58,672 nt of DNA from a virus (IMGVR_UViG_3300021440_000026:1-58672), one strand, 5' to 3'; shown: positions 36,632 through 46,406, counted from the first letter of the stretch. A program made the numbers and translations. Notes: a model not told the origin generated them from the letters alone.

Positions 36632-36767
36632 TACGCAAGTGCGTGAAATTCGCGAAAAATACATGGCTTACATTATTGGCTATCCGCGTTTGGCAAAAGA
36701 ATATAACTGTGGCGAAAGCACCATTCGCGACATTGTGACTTATAGAACACGGAAAAACGTTCTTTGA
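36606..36767 (+). CDS. Small HTH protein like the DNA-binding tails of HNH homing endonucleases (not in the ORF track)
   Basis: Own translation: MNKKTKLTDTQVREIREKY...LAKEYNCGESTIRDIVTYRTRKNVL*. Confidence 0.7.
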   Translation: MNKKTKLTDTQVREIREKYMAYIIGYPRLAKEYNCGESTIRDIVTYRTRKNVL

Positions 36768-36795
36768 TTGAGTTATTTTTTTAGCGTGGTATAAT
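36768..36795 (+). promoter_or_regulatory. Sigma70-type promoter
   Basis: TTGAGT-16 nt-TATAAT with extended TG; twin of 24468-24495. Confidence 0.65.
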
Positions 36796-36836
36796 GCAAA
36801 TAGGTGGAATTTCACCGAATCAGAATGGAGAAACAA

Positions 36837-37415
36837 ATGAGAAAAATTGTACAAATAACCGCAAACAACGGTGCTTTGTTTTCCTTAAGCGATGATGGGA
36901 AAGTATTTGTTGCCAGCCCTTATCCAAACACAACTTGGCTAGAAATGCCGGACCTTCCGCAAGATTATGATCTTAAAAAGCTCACAGAAACTGGAACAAA
37001 AGTATGGGCGGATGTGCCAAACGCCACGGAATTTGTTGAGGATTTGCGAGGTAATGATAAAAACATTATAACCATTAAAAATGATGAACCACTAATAGGA
37101 GGGTATGACTATTCAAAGCCTATTGATTCATTTTGTGCAATTTCTTTTAAAGAAGCGTTAAAGATTGGAATGTCGCCTGAAGAATACGATCATAATAAAT
37201 TGCGTAAAGCTATTTGTGTTTTGACTAACAAACTCTTATCAGTTGGAATCAAAGAAGAAATGCCAGTGTTTGTATTAAAGCCAACAGATAAGTTTTCACC
37301 TTATGCAATAACTTATTGGCGCGGGCTAAGCCGTAACAAAGACGCACAACCAATATACCACGAATTTATCGAATGGATGAGAGCGAACAGAAACAAGGTA
37401 AAGGAACCAGACTAA
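36837..37415 (+). CDS. Hypothetical mosaic protein
   Basis: GGAG RBS before ATG 36837; contains GTKVWADVPNATEFVEDLRG and PVFVLK..D motifs. Confidence 0.6.
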   Translation: MRKIVQITANNGALFSLSDDGKVFVASPYPNTTWLEMPDLPQDYDLKKLTETGTKVWADVPNATEFVEDLRGNDKNIITIKNDEPLIGGYDYSKPIDSFCAISFKEALKIGMSPEEYDHNKLRKAICVLTNKLLSVGIKEEMPVFVLKPTDKFSPYAITYWRGLSRNKDAQPIYHEFIEWMRANRNKVKEPD

Positions 37416-38086
37416 TGCGCTTATTAAACGATGTTGCCAGATGCAATGGTGTCGGCTACGATGAAGGAAACGGCATGGAGTGGCGCGAGGGCTGCGAGAA
37501 CTGCGCACGCCGTTTGTGCATTGTTAAAGGTCATACACATTGGTGGATGGAGCCTCCACCAATTATTGCGGTTGAATGCGAATTTCTAATACCAATGGAG
37601 AAAGAAAAATGATTAAATTTACAAAAATCACAGAAGATAATTTGCCAGAACTAGGCGTGCCGGTCATTTTGGCATGGGAGAAAAACCCGTTTAAGAAAAC
37701 AAATAAACCGCTTGTCGGGTTTGCTGCTTATAAACGCACAAATTACGAAGAAGGGTGGCTATGGGAAGAGGTAACAGGCGCAGAGGAAACAATGGACTGG
37801 GAAGATAATTACAAGCCAACGCATTTTGCGCTTTACCCAGAATTTTTAATTGATGAGAAATAGTTATGAGAAAACAAATAGACATGACGCGCACCCAGTG
37901 GTTTAAAAGTTGTAAACCTGCACATGATGGCGTGTACGAAGTTAAATTGTTTGGAAGTGAAGGATATTATTGCCTATTCAAGCATGGGAAATGGGGTATG
38001 ACGGGAATTTCACCTAAAGATGCTATTGCTTGGGGAATGCCATCAAGAAAACAAAACAGAATATGGCGCGGATTAGCTGTAAAGCC

Positions 38087-38494
38087 ATGATGCTCTATAA
38101 AGAATTTACGCTTTCCACGCCTGCTGCGGCAAGCGTAATGATCAATTTTTTGAAGCAGAACGCTGGCGTGTTCTCTGAAAATGGAACACCGCTGCGCGTG
38201 CTTATTACGTCAGAAGAGAAGAAACGTAACGTTGAGCAAAACCGTTTTTATTGGGGCGTTGTGCTAAAAAACATAGCAGAACAATCATGGGTAGCTGGCA
38301 AACAATATTGCAAGGATGTGTGGCATGAACACTTTGCGCGTATGTTTGGAGTTTGTGACGAAATGACATTACCTAACGGGGAAATTATCTTGCGCAGAAA
38401 ATCGACAACACAAATGACAATTGGTGAGTTTTCAGAATATTTAAACCAAGTTCAATCTTATGCAGCAAGCGAATTGTCAGTAGGCTTTGAATGA
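38087..38494 (+). CDS. ninB: NinB-like recombination protein
   Basis: KRNVEQNRFYW, WHEHF, STTQMTIGEFSEYL..V..YAA. Confidence 0.8.
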   Translation: MMLYKEFTLSTPAAASVMINFLKQNAGVFSENGTPLRVLITSEEKKRNVEQNRFYWGVVLKNIAEQSWVAGKQYCKDVWHEHFARMFGVCDEMTLPNGEIILRRKSTTQMTIGEFSEYLNQVQSYAASELSVGFE

Positions 38495-39093
38495 AACGTA
38501 CCGGATTTGTGCGTAAAATCCCCGCGCCAGTATCGCTAGAACAACGCCAAAAGCCACAAAAGAAGTGCGCCGTCAAAACGTGCCGCGCTTTGTTTACGCC
38601 GCGCACCATTACACATAAAGCATGCTCGCCAGAATGTGCATTGATAATAGCAGAGGATGTGCGTAAGAGAAAGGAACGCAAAGAATACAAAGAACGAAAA
38701 GAAAAATTAAAATCTCGCACAAGTTATGCAGAAGAAGCGCAAGAAGTTTTTAATCGATACATAAATTTGCGCGACAAAAATAAGCCATGTATAAGCTGCG
38801 ATAAACCAGCGCATAAAGGTGTTAGGAATGCGTCACATTACAAATCGCGGGGAGCCTATTCCGCATTACGGTTTAATCTTTGGAATACAAATACTTCTTG
38901 CTATAGTTGTAATTTTGAAAAAGCAGGCAACATCGGAGAATATCGCCCGCGCTTGATTAAAAAAATTGGCATAGAAAAAGTAGAATTTCTCGAAAACCAT
39001 CCGCGGTCGCGTATTTACGACAAAGACTATTTAATCAGGTTGAAAAACATTTTTTCGCGTAAAATAAAGAGACTAAAATCACGCATTGAATAA
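38491..39093 (+). CDS. ninG: NinG/Rap endonuclease
   Basis: KKC..C..F.P, ACSPECA, AQEVFNRYINLRD, PCISC, ASHYKSRGA..LRF, C..CN...GN..EYR..LI.KIG. Confidence 0.9.
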   Translation: MKRTGFVRKIPAPVSLEQRQKPQKKCAVKTCRALFTPRTITHKACSPECALIIAEDVRKRKERKEYKERKEKLKSRTSYAEEAQEVFNRYINLRDKNKPCISCDKPAHKGVRNASHYKSRGAYSALRFNLWNTNTSCYSCNFEKAGNIGEYRPRLIKKIGIEKVEFLENHPRSRIYDKDYLIRLKNIFSRKIKRLKSRIE

Positions 39094-39285
39094 AGGAGAA
39101 ATAATGAGCACAAAAACCTACCGCATATCGTTTGATATTGAGTGTGGTTTATTTGCATCTTCCAACGAAGATTTAAGAGAGGAAATAAAAATACAAATTA
39201 AAAAAGAAATTCCCTATTTTTTATTCATGGAGGATCATTGTTATGAGGCAGAAATAAAAGATTTTTTAATCGTGGAGATCGATAA

Positions 39286-39516
39286 ATGAAAAGAATGACA
39301 GCAGCAGAAGCGTTGAGAGCTGGATATTTCCGGCTACACGGAACCAGCAAAGCCCTGAATTCCGAAAAAGGCGAAACGGTTGAATTGTTTACGGATTTGG
39401 AAGCGAAGATGATTACTACGCTAGAAGAGATACACGAAATATTAAAGCCAAAAAACATGGAATTTACAAATAATGCAATTGCTAAACTTATAGCAGAAGT
39501 TCGTGGCGAAAAATGA
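39286..39516 (+). CDS. Hypothetical protein (tandem paralog 1)
   Basis: MKRMTAAEALRAGY...GETVELFTDLE...RGEK. Confidence 0.65.
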   Translation: MKRMTAAEALRAGYFRLHGTSKALNSEKGETVELFTDLEAKMITTLEEIHEILKPKNMEFTNNAIAKLIAEVRGEK

Positions 39517-39743
39517 AACGGATAACGCTTGAAGAGGCTTTATCGGCAGGTTACGTTCCCGGGTTTGGGAAATTTGCGAAAACCTCTGAACTTGGAGAAA
39601 TGGTTGAAATATTCACGCATCTGGAAGAAGAAATGTTGGAAGTTTTGGAGTAATGCTTAAATGAACTTGACTACACAAAGAACGCGCCAAATCTTTATAG
39701 TGAAGTATATTTCACAATCAAAAAAGCCAGAGGAGAGGAATGA
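39513..39743 (+). pseudogene. Tandem paralog 2 interrupted by an in-frame TAA at 39651-39653
   Basis: MKRITLEEALSAGY..GEMVEIFTHLE..VLE*CLNE...KARGEE*; read-through length is 76 codons, equal to paralog 1. Confidence 0.65.
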
Positions 39744-40066
39744 AAACACTCGGAGAAAACTTGCGGCTATCGCAATTTGATTTTTGCCTTGATGCGTATA
39801 GCTGCGGAGCGGCATTTTACGGCGAGCCACTATACGTCGCAGAACTTAGTATTGTCGGACAGCGTAACATGACTAAAATTGATGATTTAGACGGCGATAT
39901 TTACTATGCAGACATTATCACCGGATCGCTGTACACAGAAGACGGTATTTGCATGACATCGAATAAAATTACCGCCAAAAATTTCCAACAAACCAAAGAA
40001 AAAATCAAGAAGAAACACGTTGCGCCTATGCAACAAAAAAATTTAGCGAGTAGTGAGCTGTTTTAA
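39740..40066 (+). CDS. Hypothetical protein
   Basis: YYADIITGSLY...C motif; GGAG RBS. Confidence 0.6.
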   Translation: MKTLGENLRLSQFDFCLDAYSCGAAFYGEPLYVAELSIVGQRNMTKIDDLDGDIYYADIITGSLYTEDGICMTSNKITAKNFQQTKEKIKKKHVAPMQQKNLASSELF

Positions 40067-40068
40067 TG

Positions 40069-40097
40069 TTGCGCGCTGTCGGAAGTTCTGATATGAT
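40069..40097 (+). promoter_or_regulatory. Sigma70 promoter upstream of the c4-like RNA and replication genes
   Basis: TTGCGC-17 nt-TATGAT with extended TG. Confidence 0.65.
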
Positions 40098-40134
40098 TTA
40101 TCCATGTTGATGTAACGGCGTCGACATAAACAAT

Positions 40135-40223
40135 AGGCCGCTTCGGTCTCTATGCTCTAAATTGGGGAAACCCAGACTGGCCGTTACCAGTTTTTAGAGT
40201 GTGGAGTCCAAAGCGGCTTTTTT
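40135..40223 (+). ncRNA. c4-like antisense RNA
   Basis: Long stem GCCGCTT..AAGCGGC plus U tract; TGGG-GAAA-CCCA hairpin; ACTGG-CCGTTA-CCAGT hairpin whose loop matches GTAACGGC (40112-40119) and TAACGG (40233-40238). Confidence 0.75.
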
Positions 40224-40251
40224 ATTTTCTATTAACGGATAGGATAAATTT

Positions 40252-40983
40252 ATGCAATACCCTCACATTAAAGGGATGCTTATTAAAGATCTTCGTATTC
40301 TTGCAGAAGAAATAAAATTAGTTATTTCAGAAAGAACGCCAACAATACGCGCAAAAAGGTTTTTAAAAGAAAATAAACCTGCAAATATTTCACAAGATAA
40401 TAATCTTGAAATTATTAAGTACAATTCATCTTCATATTTAATACCAATTCACCATTTAGCTAAAAAAAAGCTAAATGCCGCAGCTATTTATTTGCCAGCG
40501 TTATTAAATCAAGACTGGTCTCATTTATTTTCTGGCTATGGGTATAGCGAAGAAAGAAAATTTTATGTTTACGCTCATGTAAACCCAGAAATGCCAAACT
40601 TTAGGTCACCAGATATTGTAGGAGGTGCTTATAATGGAACGCCTTTTTATATTGGGAAAGGATCAGAAGAAAGAGCTTTTGATCTTAAGCGAAATCAGGG
40701 ACATGGGAAAGTGTTAAATCAACTTAATAAACTTGGGTATAAAAAAGATTCTATTGTTAAAATAATAAAAAGTGAATTAAATGAAGCGGAAGCATTTGAA
40801 TTAGAATCAAAACTAATATTTTTTTTTGGTACAATATATAATAAAAAACGTGGCGTTCTTTACAATTTAGATACGCCAAAAACACCGAAGTTTTGCGGAA
40901 TGATGAAACGAATGGATTTGTCTTTTTATCACAAACAGGGTGTCGTTATTGGAAGCCATACTTGTGATTTGGAGATTGCATAA
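40252..40983 (+). CDS. GIY-YIG (LEM-3-like) nuclease-domain protein
   Basis: FYVYAH...PFYIGKG...RA, EAEAFELESKLI, LYN; AT-rich. Confidence 0.8.
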   Translation: MQYPHIKGMLIKDLRILAEEIKLVISERTPTIRAKRFLKENKPANISQDNNLEIIKYNSSSYLIPIHHLAKKKLNAAAIYLPALLNQDWSHLFSGYGYSEERKFYVYAHVNPEMPNFRSPDIVGGAYNGTPFYIGKGSEERAFDLKRNQGHGKVLNQLNKLGYKKDSIVKIIKSELNEAEAFELESKLIFFFGTIYNKKRGVLYNLDTPKTPKFCGMMKRMDLSFYHKQGVVIGSHTCDLEIA

Positions 40984-41822
40984 TGCATTATTACAAAAGA
41001 AACCTTGGAGAGTATGCCAAAAAAGCTGGAAGGCTTTCAATGCTTCAGCACGGAGCGTACACGCTTTTAATCGATTCGTGCTATGACCGTGAAGAATTCC
41101 CAACGCTTGATCAAGCTATTGAATGGACTTGGGCATCCTCAAAAGAAGAAATCGAGGCAGTAGAATTTGTTCTGCGAAGGTTTTTCACGCTTGAGAATGA
41201 CCGTTATGTGCAAAATAGGATAAAAGAAGAGCTTATTGAGTACCATTCAAAGGCAGAAATAAATAAACGAATTGCAAACGAAAGAGAAACAAAGCGTAAG
41301 GAAAATAGAACGAATCGTGAGCAAAGCGTGAACGAATCGCCACCTAAACAAGAACCAGTAAACAGTAAACAAGAAACAGGAACCATAAACCAAGAACCAT
41401 TAAATTCAAAAACATTGTCGCCTTCGGCTCGTGATGCCGTCGATGAAAACTTTGAACAAGCATGGGCGGCTTATCCAAAACGTCCCGGTGCAAGCAAAAA
41501 AGATTCGTTGAAGGCATGGAGTGCTAGGCTGAAAGCGGGGGTATCACCTGAAGACATCATTGCAGGGGTTACCCGGTACGCAGCTTACTGCGCTGCGATG
41601 CAGACAGAGCCTCAATTTATCAAGCAGCCAGTGACGTTTTTTGGCAACGGAGAACACTGGAAAGCAGACTGGACACCGCAGCCCCGCGCATCGCCATCGC
41701 GTATTGCCGAAACGGCGGAAGAAAGAAATGCACGGATTATGCGCGAATGCTTGACTGACAATGATGAAAACACAATAGAAATGGAGGCGAAATGCAACCA
41801 AGTGAAAAACCTGACTTTTTAA
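40983..41822 (+). CDS. Replication initiator, YdaU/DUF1376 family
   Basis: MHYYKRNLGEY...LSMLQHGAYTLLID..Y; C-terminal FEQAWAAYPKR..KK..KAW, FIKQPVTFF. Confidence 0.85.
   Translation: MHYYKRNLGEYAKKAGRLSMLQHGAYTLLIDSCYDREEFPTLDQAIEWTWASSKEEIEAVEFVLRRFFTLENDRYVQNRIKEELIEYHSKAEINKRIANERETKRKENRTNREQSVNESPPKQEPVNSKQETGTINQEPLNSKTLSPSARDAVDENFEQAWAAYPKRPGASKKDSLKAWSARLKAGVSPEDIIAGVTRYAAYCAAMQTEPQFIKQPVTFFGNGEHWKADWTPQPRASPSRIAETAEERNARIMRECLTDNDENTIEMEAKCNQVKNLTF
41346..41403 (+). repeat. Iteron-like repeats (AACAAGAACCA variants), candidate origin
   Basis: AAACAAGAACCA / AAACAAGAAACA / AACCAAGAACCA at ~21-nt spacing in the initiator linker, as in lambda O. Confidence 0.55.
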
Positions 41823-42562
41823 AAAAACTTGCGTCCGTGATGGCAAGTTATGGCAAGCCAATGCCGGAAAAGTTTTACGCGGACGCGTGGTGGAATGATT
41901 TGATTGAATTTCAATCAGGGATTATCGGGAAGGCATTTTCCTTGTATGCTGACGAGAATCCGACATTTCCGCCGCATGCTAATGCTATTCGTCATATTTG
42001 CACAAAGTTATTAAGTGAGTCATTTGGAAAACGATTAGGCGCAGAGGAGGCATGGGCAATAGCACTATCGAGCCGCGATGAATCTGAAACCGTGGTATGG
42101 ACGGAAGAGACGGCAGAAGCATTTTCGGCATGCTCGCCAGTGCTTGAAATTGGCGATGAGGTCGGCGCGCGCATGGCTTTTAAAGAAGCGTATGCAAGGA
42201 TTGTGGCAAAGAATGAGAGCGAAGGTGTGCGGGTTAAATGGGTTGCATCGCTTGGATGGGATTTAAGGCGTAGAGAAGCGGTTTTAAACAAAGCGGCTAA
42301 TGCTGGGTTATTGCCCGCGCCTGTGGCTGCAAAGTTATTGCCCGCGCCACAGATAGATCTGAAAGATGAAAATAATCCTTTAAATTCTGACATTGTGCAG
42401 GAAAATTTACAAAGGATTAAGCAAATGCTTTCTGAAATGCAGAGTGATAAAATCAGCAAAGCAGAAAAGGCATCGATTGAGGAGCGCGAGAAAACGATTA
42501 GCGCGAAAAAGAAGATTGCGCAACAGGTTGATGAAAAATTGGGACAGGAAAAATGCAAATGA
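41792..42562 (+). CDS. Replication accessory protein (helicase loader / P-like)
   Basis: Follows the initiator; GAEEAWA..DESETVVWTEE...GDEVGARMAFKEAY motif. Confidence 0.7.
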   Translation: MQPSEKPDFLKKLASVMASYGKPMPEKFYADAWWNDLIEFQSGIIGKAFSLYADENPTFPPHANAIRHICTKLLSESFGKRLGAEEAWAIALSSRDESETVVWTEETAEAFSACSPVLEIGDEVGARMAFKEAYARIVAKNESEGVRVKWVASLGWDLRRREAVLNKAANAGLLPAPVAAKLLPAPQIDLKDENNPLNSDIVQENLQRIKQMLSEMQSDKISKAEKASIEEREKTISAKKKIAQQVDEKLGQEKCK

Positions 42563-42776
42563 ACTACGACGAAAAAAAATTTAATCAATGCGATTAAAAC
42601 TCTTGAGAGTTTTATTAACGACATGCCATTTGTTTTCAAATGCCGAAATGAGCAGTTTAACGAACTTGAAGCAGAGGCGTTATTATCTATAAGCAAATTA
42701 AAAGCAATGGCTGTTAAGGAATTTGGTTTGACAATTTAATTTTTGCGATAAAGCAACACATACAGCAATTCACAAG

Positions 42777-43265
42777 GTGTCGAGAATGATCAAAAATAAA
42801 GAGCCGGGAGAAATTTTATTTAGTGTAGACATCCCACAATCTGAAATTCAAAAAATACGCAAAATATCTGAAGAATATTTTCATGAACTTTATGAAAAAG
42901 GCTGGGATTGCGAAGATGGAAATGCCGACATATTGCCTTTAAATAAAGATTTTGATGATGTTCAAAATATATTTAAAGATTGCGCGAAAAGAGCTAGAGT
43001 GAATATTGAGAAAATATATCTTGTTTTTACCAACGGGATCGAATACCACAGGGATGAAAATGGCTGCGAAATATTTATGGTGTTGTATAACAACATCAAT
43101 ATGTTTTTCCAACAAAAAAAATATAAAAAAAATTATCATAAGCCGGGCGATGTATTTTGGTTTGATTCTAGTAAGTTGCACAGAGTAAAAGAATCACAAA
43201 GAAGAAAAAAAGAAGTTACACATTGCGTGTATGCTGGGGTTGCCGCAAAAATTATAAGTTACTAA
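42777..43265 (+). CDS. 2OG-Fe(II) oxygenase-like / cupin protein
   Basis: YHRD (HxD) ... KPGDVFWFDSSKLHRV (distal His). Confidence 0.55.
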   Translation: MSRMIKNKEPGEILFSVDIPQSEIQKIRKISEEYFHELYEKGWDCEDGNADILPLNKDFDDVQNIFKDCAKRARVNIEKIYLVFTNGIEYHRDENGCEIFMVLYNNINMFFQQKKYKKNYHKPGDVFWFDSSKLHRVKESQRRKKEVTHCVYAGVAAKIISY

Positions 43266-43358
43266 CTAATGGCGAAGAAATAAAACAACACACCAAAAAA
43301 ATACACAATCCGCGTTAAAAATTTAGTATAATGATGGTTTACTTAGGGAGAAATAAAA

Positions 43359-43784
43359 ATGGCTAATGCAAAAATATTAAACACAGTTGAGATGATGCAG
43401 GCATTATTAGATGGTAAAGAAATTACTATGTTTTCATCTAAAGGAAAATATGATGAAAATAATACACGGTTTAGGATTGTTGGAGATTCCATATCAGATC
43501 AATATGGAAATTGTAGAGTATTTTATTCAATGTCGTGTTTAGATTGGGTTATATATGAGGCGCCAAAGCAAAAATACACTTTAACGAACGCCATTGAGCA
43601 CTTAGTAAAAGAATCTGGATCGATCAAGCGCATAACAGAAAAAGGCGAAAAACACTGGTATATGTCTGGCGAGGAAATTAAGTGTTATTTTATTTTTGCG
43701 CCGGGGCAATTTAGGATTCCATTTTCATGTTTTGATGAGGATGATTTAATTGCAGATAATTATAAACTTATCTATAGCTTTTAG
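43359..43784 (+). CDS. Hypothetical protein (paralog family)
   Basis: MQALLDGKEI...FDEDDLIADNYKL. Confidence 0.65.
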   Translation: MANAKILNTVEMMQALLDGKEITMFSSKGKYDENNTRFRIVGDSISDQYGNCRVFYSMSCLDWVIYEAPKQKYTLTNAIEHLVKESGSIKRITEKGEKHWYMSGEEIKCYFIFAPGQFRIPFSCFDEDDLIADNYKLIYSF

Positions 43785-43793
43785 GAAATAAAA

Positions 43794-44186
43794 ATGACAT
43801 TTTCTATTTTGAAACAAAAAATTGATTTATTGGATAACGGTGAAAAATTAACTCACCCAGAATGGGAAAGCAATGAGTATATTTTTGTAAATAACAAAGA
43901 TGAACTTGTTACGCAGAATGGAGAAAAATTTTCATTTGATTTTTTAGATTCTGATGATTTTATTAACGATTTGTATGTTTTTAACGAGAAAAATAAATCA
44001 TTAAAGGATGCGCTTGCGCATTTTGCATCAACAGGGCGTGGGTTTAGGCGATGTTTTGAAACAACAGATATAAAAACATGGGCTAAAACTACCACAGAAG
44101 GGCTGCAAGCGTCTCTTCGGTACACTGGAATTTCTGTATTATTTACAGAAGATGATCTATCCGCCAAAGATTACGAATTACTTTAA
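43794..44186 (+). CDS. Hypothetical protein (paralog family)
   Basis: LLDNGEKL...GRGFRR...FTEDDLSAKDYELL. Confidence 0.65.
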   Translation: MTFSILKQKIDLLDNGEKLTHPEWESNEYIFVNNKDELVTQNGEKFSFDFLDSDDFINDLYVFNEKNKSLKDALAHFASTGRGFRRCFETTDIKTWAKTTTEGLQASLRYTGISVLFTEDDLSAKDYELL

Positions 44187-44837
44187 GGAAATAAAAATGC
44201 TAGAAAAAGCAATTGATGTGCATCGCGCTTTGCTAAACGTGCAAAACGATATTGGGGTGATTATGGGGTTTGTTCGCGGTGGGAGTGATTTTCTGACGCA
44301 GAAAGAACAAGAATACTTTAACAAAGTAAAAAAATCAGACTTAATAGAAGTACTTTGCCGCGGAATGAACACGCACGATCAAGCAAGCCGAGAACTGAAA
44401 GACTTTATTGATGTGCTAATGCACGGTGAGCCATTACAAATTTACGGGTGATGATCATGAAAAACTTAAAAATAGTAAAAGAATACGATCGTGGCGTAGA
44501 AGTTTACGTCGTAAAAAAACGGTTCTTGTGGATTTTTTGGGACTTTGCCGCAAAATTCCATGTTCGCGCATGCGCTGAAGAGTTTATTGCGCAGGTCGAA
44601 GCAAGTAAAACAAATGGTAGCTAACATGGAAATGCAAAAAACATTGGCGTTTTTACAGGCTGTTTTTTTAATCTCATTTGCCGCAGCTTTTGGGTATTTT
44701 ATTGCAAAACAGTGGTTTCAAATATTGCAAATGTGTTGGGATATTGCAATCGAGAAGATAATCAAGCAATTTGTAAATAAAAAACAAAAAGCAAATTACA
44801 ATGTTTTTCAGGACATTTACACCGATCGGAAACCAAA

Positions 44838-45215
44838 ATGAGCGATAGAAATTTATTACTTAGTGAGGACAGTATTTTTAAGAAAAATGAAAACATTCGA
44901 GAAATACTTGGATATTTTGGGATAAGTGTAAGTAAGTTCTGTGAGTTTTTTACAATATTGCCATATAGGTTTTATGATTGCGCTTCTGGAGCAAAATTTG
45001 ATCCGCATATTAACAACATTTTTGAAAAATTCCAGCACATTTATGCTGAATTTAAAAATGCAGGGATTGAAAATGGGCGGCATGCGTTGACAATGCTGAT
45101 TGACGGAGCCACAGCGTTAGTGTTAATAAAGCATGGTAATGATTACAAAGAACATTTACAAAAACTTATAAACGATTATTTGCTTTTAGCATTCTGCGGC
45201 GGGAGCGAGGGATAA
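44838..45215 (+). CDS. HTH-like protein resembling Xre/MbcA/ParS-type antitoxins
   Basis: IREILGYFGISVSKFCEFF...FYD..SG degenerate HTH; C-terminal DGATALVLIKHG. Confidence 0.4.
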   Translation: MSDRNLLLSEDSIFKKNENIREILGYFGISVSKFCEFFTILPYRFYDCASGAKFDPHINNIFEKFQHIYAEFKNAGIENGRHALTMLIDGATALVLIKHGNDYKEHLQKLINDYLLLAFCGGSEG

Positions 45216-45397
45216 TAAAATGGAAGAAATTTTTTTTGCAATTTGCGTTGTTTTATTTGCGCAAATTTTAATTGTGTTGTGGTTCCGAAGCGTTCTTTGG
45301 GAGCACACGGAAGAAATGAAAACTTTCCTAAAAAATTTGAACGAACAAAAAAACATTCTGATTAAAAGTGCAGTTTCAAACGTTGATGAGGTGAAAA

Positions 45398-45835
45398 ATG
45401 ATTGAGGTAAAATTTGCAAAATTACACGAAGATGCGCAGGTGCCAACATACGCCACCCACGGATCGGGATGTTTTGATTTTTACGCATGTACTTATGGGC
45501 TAAAAACATGCGCAGAATCCGTAACAATTGGCACAGGGATTGCAGTTGAAATTCCGGCAGGGCATGTGTTGTTAATTTTTAGCCGAAGCGGACATGGTTT
45601 TAAAAATGATGTTCGTTTGGCAAATTGTGTTGGTGTGATTGATTCGGATTATCGCGGAGAAATTATGGTAAAATTACGCAAAGATTCTATCGATATAAAC
45701 ACGTTAAACATCAACCACGGTGACAGAATTGCACAAGGCATGATGATTCCATTTCAAAAAGTGCAATTTGTCGAAGTGGAAAATTTAATCGATACGGAAC
45801 GCGGTACGGGGGGTTTTGGCAGCACAGGGGCATGA
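45398..45835 (+). CDS. dut: dUTPase (trimeric)
   Basis: GCFDF, FSRSG, GVIDSDYRGEI, GDRIAQ, RGTGGFGSTG. Confidence 0.97.
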   Translation: MIEVKFAKLHEDAQVPTYATHGSGCFDFYACTYGLKTCAESVTIGTGIAVEIPAGHVLLIFSRSGHGFKNDVRLANCVGVIDSDYRGEIMVKLRKDSIDINTLNINHGDRIAQGMMIPFQKVQFVEVENLIDTERGTGGFGSTGA

Positions 45836-46406
45836 TCAATTGTTTTTTAATACAGGGTAAAATCATGGACGAAATTACATTTGACTTAGCACCAGAATTA
45901 AAACTCGCATGTCTCGAAGTTGCTAGCAACTTCGAGGGAAGTACGCAAGATCAAATTCTTTCGGCTGCTAAAATGTTTTACGAGTGGGTTTCAGAGCCGC
46001 TAAAATCCATTGAAGTCAAAAAGAACGTTTTTGAGATTGTGAAAAGCGAATGAAAACGGTATTGGTATGTTTGTTGGAAACAGTTGATCGCGTAAATTAC
46101 CTTGTTCTTGATGGGGATTTTTCAGAATTCGACGGATGGACTGGGTTTCAATTTCCGGATAAATTGTTAAACGCGGTTGCAGATAGTAAAAGTGATTGGC
46201 TTGTAAAATTTCCCACAGAAGAAGTGAGAAATGGTGCGGAAGTCATCACTTGCGTGATACAATTAGATTGGGTTTGAATAAGCACATGGGAGCTTGCGGA
46301 AACGCTGGATCGGGGGTTCTCGGTCGGGTTGAAAAGCCTTAATCCTTTTTTAAAAATAAAAATTATGGTAAAACTAGAATATTTGATGGTAAAATTTGGG
46401 CACGAA

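Noticed and set aside
39651-39653. Stop-codon reassignment
   Set aside because: TAA terminates many intact genes, coding density is normal in the standard code, and there is no suppressor tRNA
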